Shown: positions 1-14,978, numbered from the stretch's first letter. The stretch is 64,000 nucleotides of DNA from Neocallimastix sp. 'constans' (GCA_050613775.1 JBODTK010000108.1:310001-374000), one strand, 5' to 3'. Notes: generated from the letters alone by a model not told the origin. Program-made: numbers and translations.

Positions 1-1378
1 ATGGAAATGAATTTCTTTTCTTGAAATATTATTAATAATACCAGTATCTTCATTAACGTGCTTTCCATTAACTAAATTATAGGAGGACATAATAAGCTTT
101 TGGATTGGCATTCTTAAATTGTCAATTTCATCTACCTTTAAATATATTTCTGTGAAGGCTCTTTCAAACATATTACTACTGTTAAATGTACCGTTAGTTT
201 TCTTTATTATTGGCAACAAAATGCTTAACAGTAGTATATAGGCATTCTTATGACTTTGAACTCCCTTAATAACAGATGAACCAATGGTACTACTAATATA
301 TGGGTCTTCAGAATAGTATTCAAAGTTTTCGCCATTTTAAGATTGTTCTGTGTTTATGTAACGCTTGAACAAGCCATAAATTAATTTTTTGAAAATGTTC
401 ATTTTCAGAACCAATAATATCATCAATCTTTTGAGCAAATTCAACATCCCATGATTGAGCATAGGCATTGGCAATTGGAATGGCAATAGTGTATTGACGG
501 TGGAAATTAACACCTTCTGGAATATTTGGGAATAAGAAACCAAGGGATCGCTTGGCATCATCTAGAATAATTTCAAAGGTGGAATCAGAAAATTTTCCTA
601 TAAGTATCTTTGAGGAGCCCCATTTTTATCGATGAAATAATCTTTTTGTAATACTAATTATCTGCTGGACCATCAACCTAAAATTCACTATCCTTAAAAC
701 TCTGAACTTGTAAAAAAATCTCCTGAGGAACCTGCAAATCTGCCTTGGTGTAACTACCAAATGGTTCTGGACTGTGAACACCGAGAAAAAAAATTTTCCT
801 TTTTTCTTCAAACCATATTGATTTAATGGTTTCATCAATTTCATATGGAGAGAGTATCTTAATCAATAACTTCAGTCTAATTATACCTTTTAACATCAAG
901 TTTGAATTTTTTTTTTTTAAATATCCTTTTAAGTTATCTCTCTTCTTTTTAATGGAAACTTATATTTTTGAATCTAAGGAATTTCCAATTTGATTTTTAA
1001 CCTTTTTAGCAGTAACCCTATATGGAACTTTAGTAGCGGCACATGGAACTTGTATTTCTAACTAGAATTGACAAGACGAAACAATGAAGGAACCAGTTTC
1101 TAATATGTAGGATTGACTCTTACTATCATAACTAGCAAAGTCTGATAACTTAAAATTCTAATTTAACATTATCCTTTCTTCCTAGTTTTAAGTTCTCTAG
1201 TCTTCTTAGTAAAATTAACATCAACAATTTCACATTAAATAATTAAAAAAGCAAACCTTTTTTTTTTTTTTTTTTTTTTTTTTCTGCCTGTAAAATCTCC
1301 AAATAATTTATTTAGTTAAAACTTCTACGACAAAATCTTCACCATTTCCAACTAACCTAAACCCAAGACCCTTGGATA
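1..1378 (-). pseudogene. Glycoside hydrolase family 3 (beta-glucosidase) pseudogene, inverted domain order, runs off the left edge
   Basis: Minus-strand translation across several frameshifts gives, in order: Fn3-like segment (KKTRELK...DFASYDSKSQSYILETGSF, ~1215-1075), VDGPA (~675), IAIPIANAYAQSWD, NFEYYSEDPY (~330-300), TTVKHFVANN, ERAFTEIYLK and IMSSYNLVNGKH. These are diagnostic GH3 motifs. No introns are evident. Confidence 0.88.
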
Positions 1379-1786
1379 AAAATTCTATAATAAAGTTCAA
1401 TTTAGATATAAACTTTTTATTCACTTTTTTATTATTATGATATGAAATATCATAATAAAATTAATATTTTTACGAATTTGTATTATAATTTCGTATCATA
1501 TATGATCATAATAAAACTAATATTATATGATTATATGAATTTTTATTATGATTTCATTATAAAAAATGTATCATTACATTTTAATACTATTTATTTTTAA
1601 GTATAATTTAAAAAAGGCACATTAAATATTTAAATATTATTATTAAAATATATTAAATTTGATATAAAAAAATATATATATACATATATATATAGTAATT
1701 CTAAATTTTTTTTTTTAAAAAAAAAATAATAATAATAATAATAATTATAATACTAATAATAATAAAATAAAATATAAAAAAAAAAA

Positions 1787-1828
<42 letters not shown>

Positions 1829-1984
1829 AATGGTGTTAATTGGCTTCAAGATATCCATCCGTCCGACCGACGAATAACCCTTCTGATTTTTTCAATATGA
1901 CTTAAAAAAAAAAACTAAACAGTTAACTTCAAACTGTATATAGATATACATTAAAACACACTATTAAAAAATTCATTATAATTT

Positions 1985-2015
<31 letters not shown>

Positions 2016-2057
2016 TTTTATTTTTTTTTTTTTTATTAATTTTTTTATTTTATTTTA

Positions 2058-2088
<31 letters not shown>

Positions 2089-2677
2089 TTTATTAGTAGG
2101 GAAGTGATTTAGGAAATAGATTTATATCTAGTATATACTAAATTTTACTACTATTACTATTATTACCCTTAATAATAATAAAAAAAAAAAAAAAATTATC
2201 TATTAATAATATTAATATTTGTATATTTAATACTTTTTTATTATTATTATTATTGTTATTAATTATTAATTATTAATTATTAATTATTATTTATTATTTA
2301 TTATTTATTTATTACTTATTATTTATTATTTATTATTTATTATTTATTATTCATTATTTATTATTCATTATTTATTATTTATTATTTATTACTTATTATG
2401 AAATTATGAATATTCATCACAATTATTTATTATTGTTGTTATATCATAAATTTATTTATTGATTATTATTACTATTTTTTTTTTTTTTTTTTTTTTTTTT
2501 TCTTTATATTGTAATTTTATTATTATTAATATTATTAATTTATCCATTAATCAAAAATGATAATATTTCTTTTTTTTCGTTTTTAATTTTTTTTTTTTTT
2601 ATACTCAAATATCATTATTTAAAACATTTTTTAAAAAAAAAAATTTTTTTATTTTTATGAAATTTATTTTTATTATA

Positions 2678-2719
<42 letters not shown>

Positions 2720-3451
2720 ATATTATTATTATTTTATTTTGTTTGCTTTTTTTTTTTTGAAGGAATTTAATTTATTTGACTTATTTATTTTAATTTTTTT
2801 CTTTAATTCATATATTCTTTATTTTAAATGTGTTTTCAGAAAAAAAATAATAAAATAACGGATTTTAAAAAGTTTAAAAAAAAAAAAAAAACGATGATAA
2901 ATTATATTTTTTTTATATGTAAAAAAAAAAATATCATAATTTATAATAAAATAAAACAAAAAAAAAAAAAAAAAAAAAATGGAAAAAAGAAAAAAGAAAA
3001 TAGAAAAATGGGAATAGGTTTGGTTTATAAAATAAAAATATATATATATTTAAAAAAATAAAATAAAATGAATGAATGAAAAACTATTATCTACCATATC
3101 CAAAACGTTTATAAAAAGAAATTAATTTTTCTTTTAAAAACATTTTAATATTAATAATAATATAAAAGTTTTTTTTAAAATAAAAAACTATAAAATAATA
3201 AATTATGAAATAAAAACATATATATTGTATATATTTGATTACAATTTAATTTATATATATTATAAATAATCCAGTTTTATAATTGTTATTTTTTTTTTTT
3301 TAAATTAAAAATAAAACAAAAATTAATTTCTCTATATTATAAAAATATAAAATAAAAAAAAAAAAACGATAATTATATTATTTTACTTTTTTTTTATGTG
3401 TTTTTTTTTTTTTTTAAAAAAAAAAAAAATCATATTATTATTTTAATTTAA

Positions 3452-4237
3452 TTATTCATCATAATAATCTTCAAAAGCCATCCATTCCTTTGATATATTT
3501 GAAGAAGATTTCCATGAATTTTTAGTTTTTGGCTTAGCTCTATTACTTTTATACATAGCTCTAGCTTGAACTTTTTCTTCTGTGGTAAGTTTACCTCTAA
3601 CATTACTCGTTGAAGACTTTTCTTGATTAATAACAGTATCATCAGAATCAGATTCATCATTATCTGGACTAACAAATACATTACGAACTTCTTGCTTACG
3701 ATATTCATCAATAGTAAGTCTTTTCCATACCTTTGAACCTCTTTTTCTTTCAGCTCTAGAAATTTTCCTTGATTTATTTAAGGAGCTCACACTGTTTGCT
3801 TTTTTAGCAATATAGTTTATATCACCACCACAACTGGATACATCTGTTAAAGTTACAACAGAACTAGCGTAACTTACATTATCACTATCAATATCCATAT
3901 CAGAATTAACACCAAGAGTAGAAGAATTTAATTCAGAAAAAGTTAAAGAATTTTGAAGAATAGCTAAATCCCTTAAGTTAGCTTCTGATAACTTTGGAGC
4001 CGGAGTAGTACCCATAATATTTTTTTGTCCCCAAACCAATGACATCCACTTATTCCACCAAAGTTCTGTATCAGAATTTATAGCTTTATTCCAACTTTTA
4101 CTAACTCTTTCCATTTGGGCAAGTTCACGTGGAGTGAATTCAAAAAGAATATGATGAATAATAGTGTAATTACGTGGAGCACCCTTGACTCTAACGTTTA
4201 ACTTTTCAAAAGGATCACAAGTGTTATTGGAAGTCAT
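3452..4237 (-). CDS. F-box domain protein (261 aa, single exon)
   Basis: N-terminal IIHHILFEFTPRELAQMERVSKSWNKAINSDTELW matches the F-box pattern. Clean ORF with GC higher than its flanks and a basic/acidic C-terminus. Confidence 0.7.
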   Translation of the reverse strand: MTSNNTCDPFEKLNVRVKGAPRNYTIIHHILFEFTPRELAQMERVSKSWNKAINSDTELWWNKWMSLVWGQKNIMGTTPAPKLSEANLRDLAILQNSLTFSELNSSTLGVNSDMDIDSDNVSYASSVVTLTDVSSCGGDINYIAKKANSVSSLNKSRKISRAERKRGSKVWKRLTIDEYRKQEVRNVFVSPDNDESDSDDTVINQEKSSTSNVRGKLTTEEKVQARAMYKSNRAKPKTKNSWKSSSNISKEWMAFEDYYDE

Positions 4238-5464
4238 TTTTATAAAAAATTATTTTATATATATATTTAGAAAAAGTTGTTTTTTTTATATAGAGTTAAT
4301 TTTTTTTTTTTTTTTTTTTTTAATTGCTTTAGGTCTATAAAGAAGAATTGATTTTAAATAAATAGTGTGTATTGGGAAGGTAAATATACAAATTATTAAT
4401 ATACGAAATTTATTTTGTTGTATATTTTTTTAAATAATACTTTTTGTATAGTTGTTTCAATAAATAAGATTAAATTAAATTAATATTGTGTATAATATTG
4501 ATAGATTGTAATAAATTTATTTGTTCTTTTTTTTTTTTTTTTTTTTTGTTTTATTTTTTTTTTTTTTAAATTAATATATTATTATACTTTGCATATTGAA
4601 TATTTTTTAAAAACTCTTTTATTCTTTTTATTTTTTTTAGTATTATATTATCATTTTATTGATTATATATATTATTTTGTATATCTTTTTTTTTAAAAAT
4701 AATAATAATAAATAAATGTAAAAAGTTTTTTTTTAAAAAAAAAAAAAAAGAGAGAAATATGAAAAAAATATATATATATTTATTAGTATTATGTTTAATT
4801 TATCAAAAATAAAAACAATATAAACAACAATTAAACAACAATATATTCAATAAAAAATAATAATTATTATAAATACTAATAACTATTTTTTAGTAAAATA
4901 TATTTACATATATTATTTCACTATTTTACTATTATATTCTTATTTTATTATATTTTATTTTTTTTATATTAATAAAAAAAAAAAAAAAGAAATAATTTAA
5001 AGTTCGTATAGAAGGATATACTATTTTATTACAACATATTATTTTACAATTCAATTATTTTTACAAATATCTATTCCAACACCTACCTTTCAAATTATTT
5101 TTAAAAAAAATAATATACTCTTTATTAGCTCATAAATACTATTTGTTTTATATATATAGATTATTTTTATATATTCAATTATTCTTTTAAAGAAAAAAGT
5201 AAAGAATAAAAATAGATAAAAAAAAAAGTGCTATTTATTATTATATAAATATTTATTAAAAATTATAAATAAAAAAAAATAAAAAAAAAAAAAAAAAAAG
5301 GAGAAATTTAATTATTTAAATATTAAAAATTAAAATAACAAAAAATAAAAAAAAAAATTTTAAAAAACTAATTAAAATATAAAATATATTAAAAAATTAT
5401 AAAAAAAATATATATTTTTAAAATTTTTATTATTTATTTATTTCTTTTTTTTTTATTAATAATT

Positions 5465-5501
<37 letters not shown>

Positions 5502-8284
5502 ATTTTTAATTTTTTCATATTTCAAAAATAAAAAGATATTTCAATATATTAGTATATAATCTAATAAATAAATTAAATATATTATTTTTATATCCAATTT
5601 TTTAAACCAAAAAAGAAAAAAAAGAAAAAGAGAAAAAAAAAATTTTTTTCATATTATATATTATTATTATTTATTATTTATTATTTATTATTTATTATTT
5701 ATTATTTATTATTTATTATTTATTTATTTATTTATTATTCAAATATTTATTTATTTATTATTTATTATTTATTATTTATTATTTATTATTTATTATTTAT
5801 TATTTATTATTTAATTATTTATTATTTATTATTTATTATTTATTTATTTATTATTTATTATTTATTATTTATTATTTATTATTTATTATTTATTATTTAT
5901 TATTCAATTATTTAATTATTTAATTAGTCAAAGACAATTTTCATCTTCATTCATTTTAATTCCAAGCTGAAAGTGGCCATAATGTACTTCCAAAGAAAAA
6001 TAGATTAGACTATTCAATTATATATAAATATTTCTATTTATTAAATTAAATCGATTTCTACAATCTTTTTTAAGTCCTTTTTATAAAAATTTTTTATATC
6101 ATATAATGATTAAAAAAAAAAAAAAAAAAAAAGATAACTTTCATTTCCAAATAATTATTATAATTATTATCATAATTTATTCACTATCATTATTTATTTA
6201 TTTATTTATTTATTATCATTTATTCATTTATTCACTATCATTATTTATTTATTTATTTATTATCATTTATTCATTTATTTATTATCATTTATTTACTATT
6301 ATTATTTATTTATTATTATTTATTTATTTATTTATTTATTTATTCTTTTTATTTTTTTATTATTTTATTTTTACTTTATTTGATTGAATCTTTTTATAGA
6401 TATCCATTGAAAATATTTTAAAATAAGTAAATAAAAAGTAAAAATAATGAAATAAATAATTAAATAAATAATAAATAAATGCTAATCTTCAAGAATTCAT
6501 GGTTAAATTTTCAGGTTAAAAAAAAAATCAAAGTTTAAAAATTACTATCGTTAAAATTTCCACTTTTTTTTTAAATAAATAAAAATAAATAAAATTAAAT
6601 AAAAATAAATAAAAAAAAAAGTTTTTTTTATGTCTTTTCAAAAATAAAAAAATAAAAAATTTTTTTTTTTTTGATTCTAATCAATTTTTTTTAAATTTAA
6701 TTTTATATTGTATTAGTATATATTATGTAATACATTGATTTATATGTAAAAGTTTGAACTGACCAATAATAATATAGAAATTATTAACATTATATATATT
6801 ATTAATATATTGATAATAAAGGATGGCTGTCATATCTATTATAAAAAAATATTAATATTAACAGGTTATTTGAAGGAAAATGAAATGATAAATAACCATT
6901 AGCAATATAAATATATTATAATTTATTATAATATATTATAAACTATATAAATTTTTATCCATTTATTTTATTATATAAACTATTGTTGATTATAGATTTA
7001 AATATATTCTCTAATATATTACAATATAATATTAATATATTAAAACTAATAATTTTTAAACCGTTGAAAATGTAATAAATAGGAAAATATAAAAATCATA
7101 TATTCGATTGTAATTGATAACTTTGTTTATATTTATAATTTATATAATTTACCATATATTAATAAATAGAATATATTAGCATTGTTCAAGGATAAATCAT
7201 ATTTTTTGATATATATTTATTAAAAATAATATATTACATTTCAATGAAGTGATTTATTTTAAAATATAATGAAATATATTATTTATGTATATTCACAATA
7301 TATTTAATAATATAATAAATTTATATCAAAAAAGAATTTTAAAAAAAAAAGGAAATTCTCATATTTCTTAAATTAATGTTCAATACATTAATACTAATAC
7401 ATTTATTTTAATGTATACATTTTTAAATGTTTGAAAATTACAAAATTAAAAATTTATTAAAAATATTTCAATTAACATAATAATAATTATTAAAATTCAA
7501 ACTAATAATAATTAACTATAATTATTATTTATTATTTATTATTTATTATTTATTAATAAATACTCTTTTTTATTATTTATTATTTATTATTTATTAATAA
7601 ATACTCTTTTTTATTATTTATTATTTATTATTTATTAATAAATACTCTTTTTTATTATTTATTATTTATTATTTTTATATTTAATAAATACTCTTATTAT
7701 TTATTATTATTTATTATTTAATTATTTAATTATCTAATTATTTATTAATACTCTTATTTATTATTTAATTATTTAATTATTTAATTATTTAATTATTTAA
7801 TTATTTATTTACTATTCTTAATTATTTATTATAATTATTTTTGTTATTATTTATAATTATTACTATATATTATAATTATTATTGATATTATTATCAATAC
7901 TGTTAAAATTATTTATTTATTATTTATTTATTATTACCAGCAGTATATTATTATTCTATTATTTAATATTAAATATATATTATTTATTACCAAGAAAATT
8001 ATCTCTCTCTCCAAAAATATTTTCAAATAAAAATATTAAATAGTTATAATTAATTTTTTTTTTTTTTTTAATTAAATTATATTTAAAAAAAAAAAATACA
8101 AAAAATATAAAATTAATTATAGTCAATCAACAGAGCTTAGCTATCAAATTATTGGTTAATTTCTTTTTTTTTATATTATTTTTTTAAAGTTTAATTTTTT
8201 TTTTTTTAAAAAATAAATAATTTAATATTAATATTAGAAATTATTAGTAATTTTAAGTATTAAAAAAAATAATAATATTTAAAA

Positions 8285-9279
8285 ATGATTATTAAAGATA
8301 ATATTGTTTCCGAAATGCCAGTAAAGGATAATGAAATCCTTGAAATTGATTTAAAATTAAATGATTATTTAAAACAAAAAGTTGATAATGAAATTCAAAG
8401 AATAAAGAGTATCAGTAAATTATCACCAATCCCATTACCTGTAATTATTAAATCTTTTTAAAAATATTAAATATTTTACCATTATTATTATTATTTTAAT
8501 GAAACACTATTTTTAAACAACTTTATTTTTATAAAATTTATATATATATATATATATCAATAATTAAAAGGTCAAAAACACATCTATTGTAATTGATTTC
8601 CCAAAACCAAAGCATCCAATTGCTATAAATAGAATTGAAGTTAATTCTGGTAATGATAAAAATCATAATATTTTTAATTATCAATAATATTGAGTTTAAC
8701 AAAAATTTATTTTATTTAATAATTAAAATATATATATATTATATAAATAAAGGTTTTGATTTTAAAAAAATTAAGCAGGTATTTTTAATTTTATGTTAAA
8801 TACTGAATGATTATAATATAATAAAAAATAATGTTAAAATTGAAATTCATTTTAACCATATATGTTAATTAAATTATAAATTATTGATGTTATAATAATT
8901 ATATAGATTATGGTATCTGAACCAGAGCCAATTGATATTAAACCAGGATATTCATATGTTCATGTAAATTTTTTTTTGTATATATAAAAAATAATAATAA
9001 TAATATTTTAAAAGAAAAAAAAGTTTCAAAGAAATTGAATTTTTATTCTAATTAAGATATATAAATAATAATAATAATAATAATAATAAATAGGTTTTAT
9101 TATTTACTGATAAACCATTACCAATTATCATTCCATATTTATATGAAGTCAATTTAAAAACGGTGACTGAAAAAGATAAAAAGGAAGTTTTAGTAAAGAA
9201 TAATCTTACTGAATGGTTATTAATAAATTCTAAGGGTGAAAGAACTCGTCAACGTGTTGACAATTATCTTGATGTTTAA
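8285..9279 (+). CDS. Hypothetical protein, 5 exons, 167 aa
   Basis: Exons 8285-8440, 8571-8649, 8753-8778, 8907-8963 and 9094-9279 with GT..AG introns splice to one open frame: MIIKDNIVSEMP...IDFPKPKHPIAINRIEVNSGFDF...GYSYVHVLLFTDKPLPIIIPYLYE...EWLLINSKGERTRQRVDNYLDV*. Confidence 0.8.
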
Positions 9280-9646
9280 ACTTTATAAAAAAAAAGTGTT
9301 ACAATAGATAAAATAGATATTTAGAAAAAAAAACTCACATAAAAATTTTATTAAACTTTATGATAAATCATATAAATTATAATATTCAAAAAAAATAAAA
9401 ATAAATAAAAAAAAAATAAATTGGGATTAAGAATAACTAATTACCATATATTAATTATTAATCCGAACTTTTTCATATCTATTATTTATAATTTAAATAT
9501 TATGTAAGAAAAAAAAATATATATATATAGAAACTGAAAATAAAAAAAAAAATTAACATTTATTAATAATTATAACTCCATCAAACTTTTTCATATCTAT
9601 TATTTATAATTTAATTATTATGTAAAAAATAAATTTTTATAAAAAC

Positions 9647-9686
<40 letters not shown>

Positions 9687-9879
9687 AAATTATAATATAT
9701 AGAATAAAAAAAAAATTAAAATAAAAATAAGAAACAAAAAAAAAAATATCTATAGAGTATAAGTTATTAGTATTTTATTAAATGTAACACAATTTTTTTT
9801 TTTTTTTTTTATTTTTTAATTATAAAATTCATAATAAAAAATTTTACTTTTTACTATTAATAAATAAATTATATTTAAG

Positions 9880-9929
<50 letters not shown>

Positions 9930-10799
9930 AAAAATTTTATTATTAACTAATGTTTTATTTATTTGTTATCTTTATTTACTTGATATTTTTATTATTTATT
10001 AATATATTTTATATGAAAATTAATAGGTATTTATTTTAGTATAAATTACTAATTTTAGTGGAATAAAAATATCAAACTTTTTAAAGTTTCAACAAAAATA
10101 AAATTATTGAATTATTCAGTTTGGTTTGATTCAATTAATAGAATATAGTTTGATATATCAATATATAAAAATTAAAATAAATCTATCCACATAAACTAAA
10201 TAAATAAAAAAATATATATATTTTTTAAAAAAAAAAAAAAAAAAAAATGAAAAAAAATATAGTTTTAAAAATAAAAAGCTTTTATGGTTATTATTTAGAG
10301 AGTTAAATTGATTTTATTAATTATTATTGATAATAGAGCTTATTTTATATTTATCCTATTTATGCTTAAATGTATCAACAAAAAATTATATTTATATAAA
10401 TAATATTTATTTATATAAATATTTAAAATTTTAAATAATAAACAATTTAAAAAAAAAAAAAAATTATTCAATATTAAATTATATTATGATAATGCAAAAA
10501 AAAAAAATAATAATAATAATATAATAATAATAATTATTAAAATATTTATAAACTAATTATATATATAATAATATATATATTTTTTTTAAAAAAAAATAAA
10601 AAAAAAAAAGATACAGAATGTGATAATGTATAAAATGTATAAGTATGTTTATATATATTTATATAAATTTGATAAATATAAAAGGAATTTTATCCTATTC
10701 CATAATTTCTATGGAAAAAAAAAAATAAAAAAAATTAAAATGAATAAGAAATAAAAATAAAATAAAAAATAAAAAATAAGAATAAAAATAAAAATAAAA

Positions 10800-10896
10800 A
10801 TTCTATAATTTCTATAATTTCTATAATTTCTATGATTTCTACAATTTCTATAATTTCTACAATTTCTATAATTTCTACAATTTCTATAATTTCTAT
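10800..10896. repeat. 9-bp minisatellite (TTTCTAYAA), about 10 copies
   Basis: Directly visible tandem units ttctataat/ttctacaat. Confidence 0.85.
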
Positions 10897-11746
10897 GGAA
10901 AAAGTAGAAAAAAAAAAAAAAAAACTTTTTTTTTAAAAAATAAATAATAATTTCTATTTTAATATTTTAAAAATATTTCATACATGAAAAATTGTAATAA
11001 TAATAATAATTAATAGTTAAAATGTGTCTATGAATAAATAAATTTATTTTATTTTTATATATTCATATTTTTTTTTATTATTATTATTAAAATATATATA
11101 TATTAATTATATAACCAAATTTAAAAATAATGCCTTTTTATTATTATTATTATTATTATTATTTTTCATTGATTTATTTTTATAATTGGTATTTTTTTAA
11201 TTTATTATTATAAAATAACTTATGGATGTTAATAAAAGTCTTTTTTTTAATTAGTATTTATTAATTTAGTAAAGTTATTTATAATAATAATAAATACACT
11301 ATTTTTTTTTTTTTTTTTAATTATAATTAATTTCACAACAAATAAAAAGTAATTTTTTTTTTTTTAAAAAAAAAAAATTTTTTCATTTCTTAAAAAAGTT
11401 TAAACTTTCAAATAATAATAAAAAAAAAAAAAGGTTAATTTATTTTTCTTTATCTTCAACTATTTTATTATTAATTGGGATAAATAAAATATTTATAGGA
11501 TATATTTGTCCTTCATTCAAAACACCCAATATTTAATGATGATGATAATAATAATATTTTATATTTTATCAAATAATTATATCTATTATTCACAAATATA
11601 TATAATAAATTTATATTGTATAAATAACCATTGAACTTTATTCTAAATATGGGAAATATCTAGGCCTATAAGCTAGCCTATACTTAAATTATTTAATATT
11701 AATAATTAAAAATAAAAATTCTTTTTAAACTTTTTTATATTCCTAT

Positions 11747-11797
<51 letters not shown>

Positions 11798-12367
11798 TTT
11801 TATATTATTTATTTTATATTATTTATTAGCCATAAATAATTTGATGCTGAAGGCATTATCATCAATTATTATTATTAATCAATATTACTATTATTATTAT
11901 TATTATTATTTATTACTTATTATTATTTATTATTATTATTTATAATAAATAGATAATTAATTCACATCTTTTTTTTTTTTTTTTTCTTTAATAAAATTTA
12001 ATCCTCAAATTAAGATTATTTCTTTTATATATATATATGTTAATGATAGTCTTGCATTAAATGCGGCATTATCTGTTATATATTGGTTGTGATGTCTATA
12101 TATATATATATAAAATGACATTTATTTAATATTATATTAATGATAGCAACATATATCTCATAATATACTTTTGTTTTTTAAACTAGGAACATAACTCATC
12201 TATATATTCTTCTTTTTTAAAAAAAAAAATAGTATTACATCAATAATATCAGCATATAACTCATATATTTTTGCTTTTTAAACTAGGAATATAACTCATT
12301 ATATATACATATATATATGTATATTTTTCTTACAGCCGAAATTAATACGAACTTTAAACTTTATTTT

Positions 12368-12404
<37 letters not shown>

Positions 12405-12437
12405 ATTATTATTCAAAATAAAGTGAATATATAAATT

Positions 12438-12470
<33 letters not shown>

Positions 12471-12479
12471 AAAAAAAAG

Positions 12480-13559
12480 GTTCATAGGCAACGAACCTCA
12501 CCTCCCTCAAAGATTCAAGATTTACAAAGATTTATAAGATTTCTGTTTTAAAAAAAAAAAAAATGAAATTCTTTCTCAGGATTAGGGTTTGAATTGACTA
12601 ATCTTAAAAAAAAGAAAATTATACCATGGTCATGATCCTCTCCTCTCTCTCTCCCCTTCGAAGAGCATTAGCCCTGCTAGCCTGTAGCCTATTTTTACCT
12701 GCATTTTCAGCGTTGACACACCTATGTATAAGCTTGCGCTTTTACCATTCGGAAATAGCAATCCTTGTCGAATACTAGTCCTTTAACTCTTTGGTATAAT
12801 TTCTACTGTAAAGAGAGAGATTCATAGACAGATCCGCTATCCAAGAATGACATTTTAGAATAATCACCTGAAATGATTTAGTTATTAACCAAAAAAAACA
12901 TCCCATTCCATTCCTTTCCTTTTTTTTTTTTTTTTTTTTTTTATATAATTTAAATCAATAATGGCTACATCTCTTCTCTTCTACTAAGAAAGAAGTTATA
13001 TCATTGGTAATCACGTTACACCGCATCTATACATATATATATTTCCACATTCATTTATTCAGAAAATTACTAATATATTAACACGATTTCCCATCAATTG
13101 GCCTATTCACTATATTACTAGTAACGATACTATGATTTTCACTTTTAACATTAATAATATTATATTCTTCGTTACCACTGTCAGAATCCGTATTTTATTT
13201 AATTCCATATTATTTATATCTATGTGTGATGACAACAGGTGTTTCCCATTACTATCTAATATATTGAACAATATTCAAGATACTTAAAGTTGGAATTTTA
13301 GGTAGTCACTAGTTTTCTTAAATTTTATATTTTTAGTTTTCTTACTTAGTAAGTCTTAGCCTTTGATGGATTGATTTTCCTACCATATCTCTTATCCCCA
13401 GTAAAAAAAGTTTACAATTACTTTCTTTATTCCATGTATGCACGTATGCATACATGACGTCTACAAATAGACGTGATATATCTCTTAAAAGTAAAAATCG
13501 GAAGATAATAATACATTTGGTGTTTTTTTTTTCCATTTTGCTTCGATTAAGATATTTTT

Positions 13560-13602
<43 letters not shown>

Positions 13603-14274
13603 CTTAACCTGAACAATCGTTCATTTCTCCCCGAAAGAGGAGGAAGGAATGTTAAAGTTCTTTATTATTTATTAAAAAAATAAAATAAAAAAAAATAAAA
13701 TAAAATAAAATAAAATAAAAAGGGAAGGTAAAGCTATTATTGCCCATTACCATTAAAAAAAAAAAAACATTCAATCCATTCAGTATCATCCTGAATGAAC
13801 GAGTTGTCTTCTTCTTCTACTTCTCAAGTTCTTTTCTTTTTTTTTCTTTTTGTTTGATCCAAGTTAAGTAGAGAGGTGCATCATACGTAATTTAACTCAT
13901 CCCAATATCTAATACCAGAAAACAAAAAACAAAAAAACATTCGTTTAAAAAAAGGGATACGGAATTATGAAGATTCTTAAAAAGAAAAACACTTTTATGG
14001 AATAAAAGTGCTTTTCTTTGCTTTTTTTTTACTTTCTAACTAATTTTATTGTTCACTCTCTCTCTATATATATGTACGATTGGGGTTTTCAATTTTAAAT
14101 CATTTAAAAAAAAAAAAAAAAAAAGTAGGTACCATCTCTAAGTTAAAGTTAGGTATAGTAAAAAAAAAAAAAAAAAAAAGTAGGTACCATCTCTAAGTTA
14201 AAGTTAGGTATAGTAAAAAAAAAAAAAAATTTTTAGTTTTTTAAAGGTATAACTACTTTGTCTTGACTTGAATG

Positions 14275-14318
<44 letters not shown>

Positions 14319-14978
14319 AAAAATTTCATTTTCATTCAATAAGAATTCTATCTTGGTCTGAAGCTTTATACTTTGGAGTAGCTAATATTACTTCTTTAAA
14401 TTTCTTCTATACTGATGTCTTAATTTATATTCCCATTCATTATGTCTCGTAAAAACCTGATTGAACCGTTTAGAAAAATTTTTATTAAGACCATTCGATT
14501 AATGAACTTATTGATTATCATGATTGGCTTGATGCAAGTTTTTTTTTTTTTTTTTTCTTTTTTTTTATATATATATATATAGTGAACGTGCCATACTTCG
14601 AACTATTCGTTAGTAGAAGTAGCTAATTTACCATTTTTTGTTTCTTTACTAGGAAAATTTAACATATTTTTAAAATTTATCTACTTTTACTGTTGTTTTT
14701 ATGCCATTTCCAAGCTTTCTTTGGATTATGCGATTTCATATATTTCATATCCTGTATTGATCCAATGTTAGTATTCAGCTTTCCTATAAATATTACACAT
14801 ATAATGAATAATTTTGCACATTCTATTATAATTTTCAGTTAATTCTTCAAATTCATCTAAATTATAATAATTAGAACCTCTTTTTTTAATGGCTTTATAT
14901 AATTTCATTTTGAGTTTTTGCAAAATAAGTATATTTCTGTGACATATAATAAAAAGATTTTCTTACCTCTGACATCTA
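12480..14978 (-). mobile_element. Degenerate non-LTR (LINE-type) retrotransposon
   Basis: Minus-strand remnants HNPKKAWKW...NGKLATSTNE*FEVWH and ISIEEI/KEVILATPKYKASDQDRILIE (a decayed KAxGPDGIPxE motif preceding RT). GC-richer blocks are broken by A/T tracts and stops. Boundaries are approximate. Confidence 0.65.

Noticed and set aside
337..899. Three short minus-strand ORFs
   Set aside because: Largely out-of-frame fragments of the GH3 pseudogene, not independent genes.
2828..6387. K-rich and I/Y/L/F-rich short ORFs (2828, 6106; likewise 16158, 20192, 25541, 35768, 58227)
   Set aside because: Translations of homopolymers and microsatellites.
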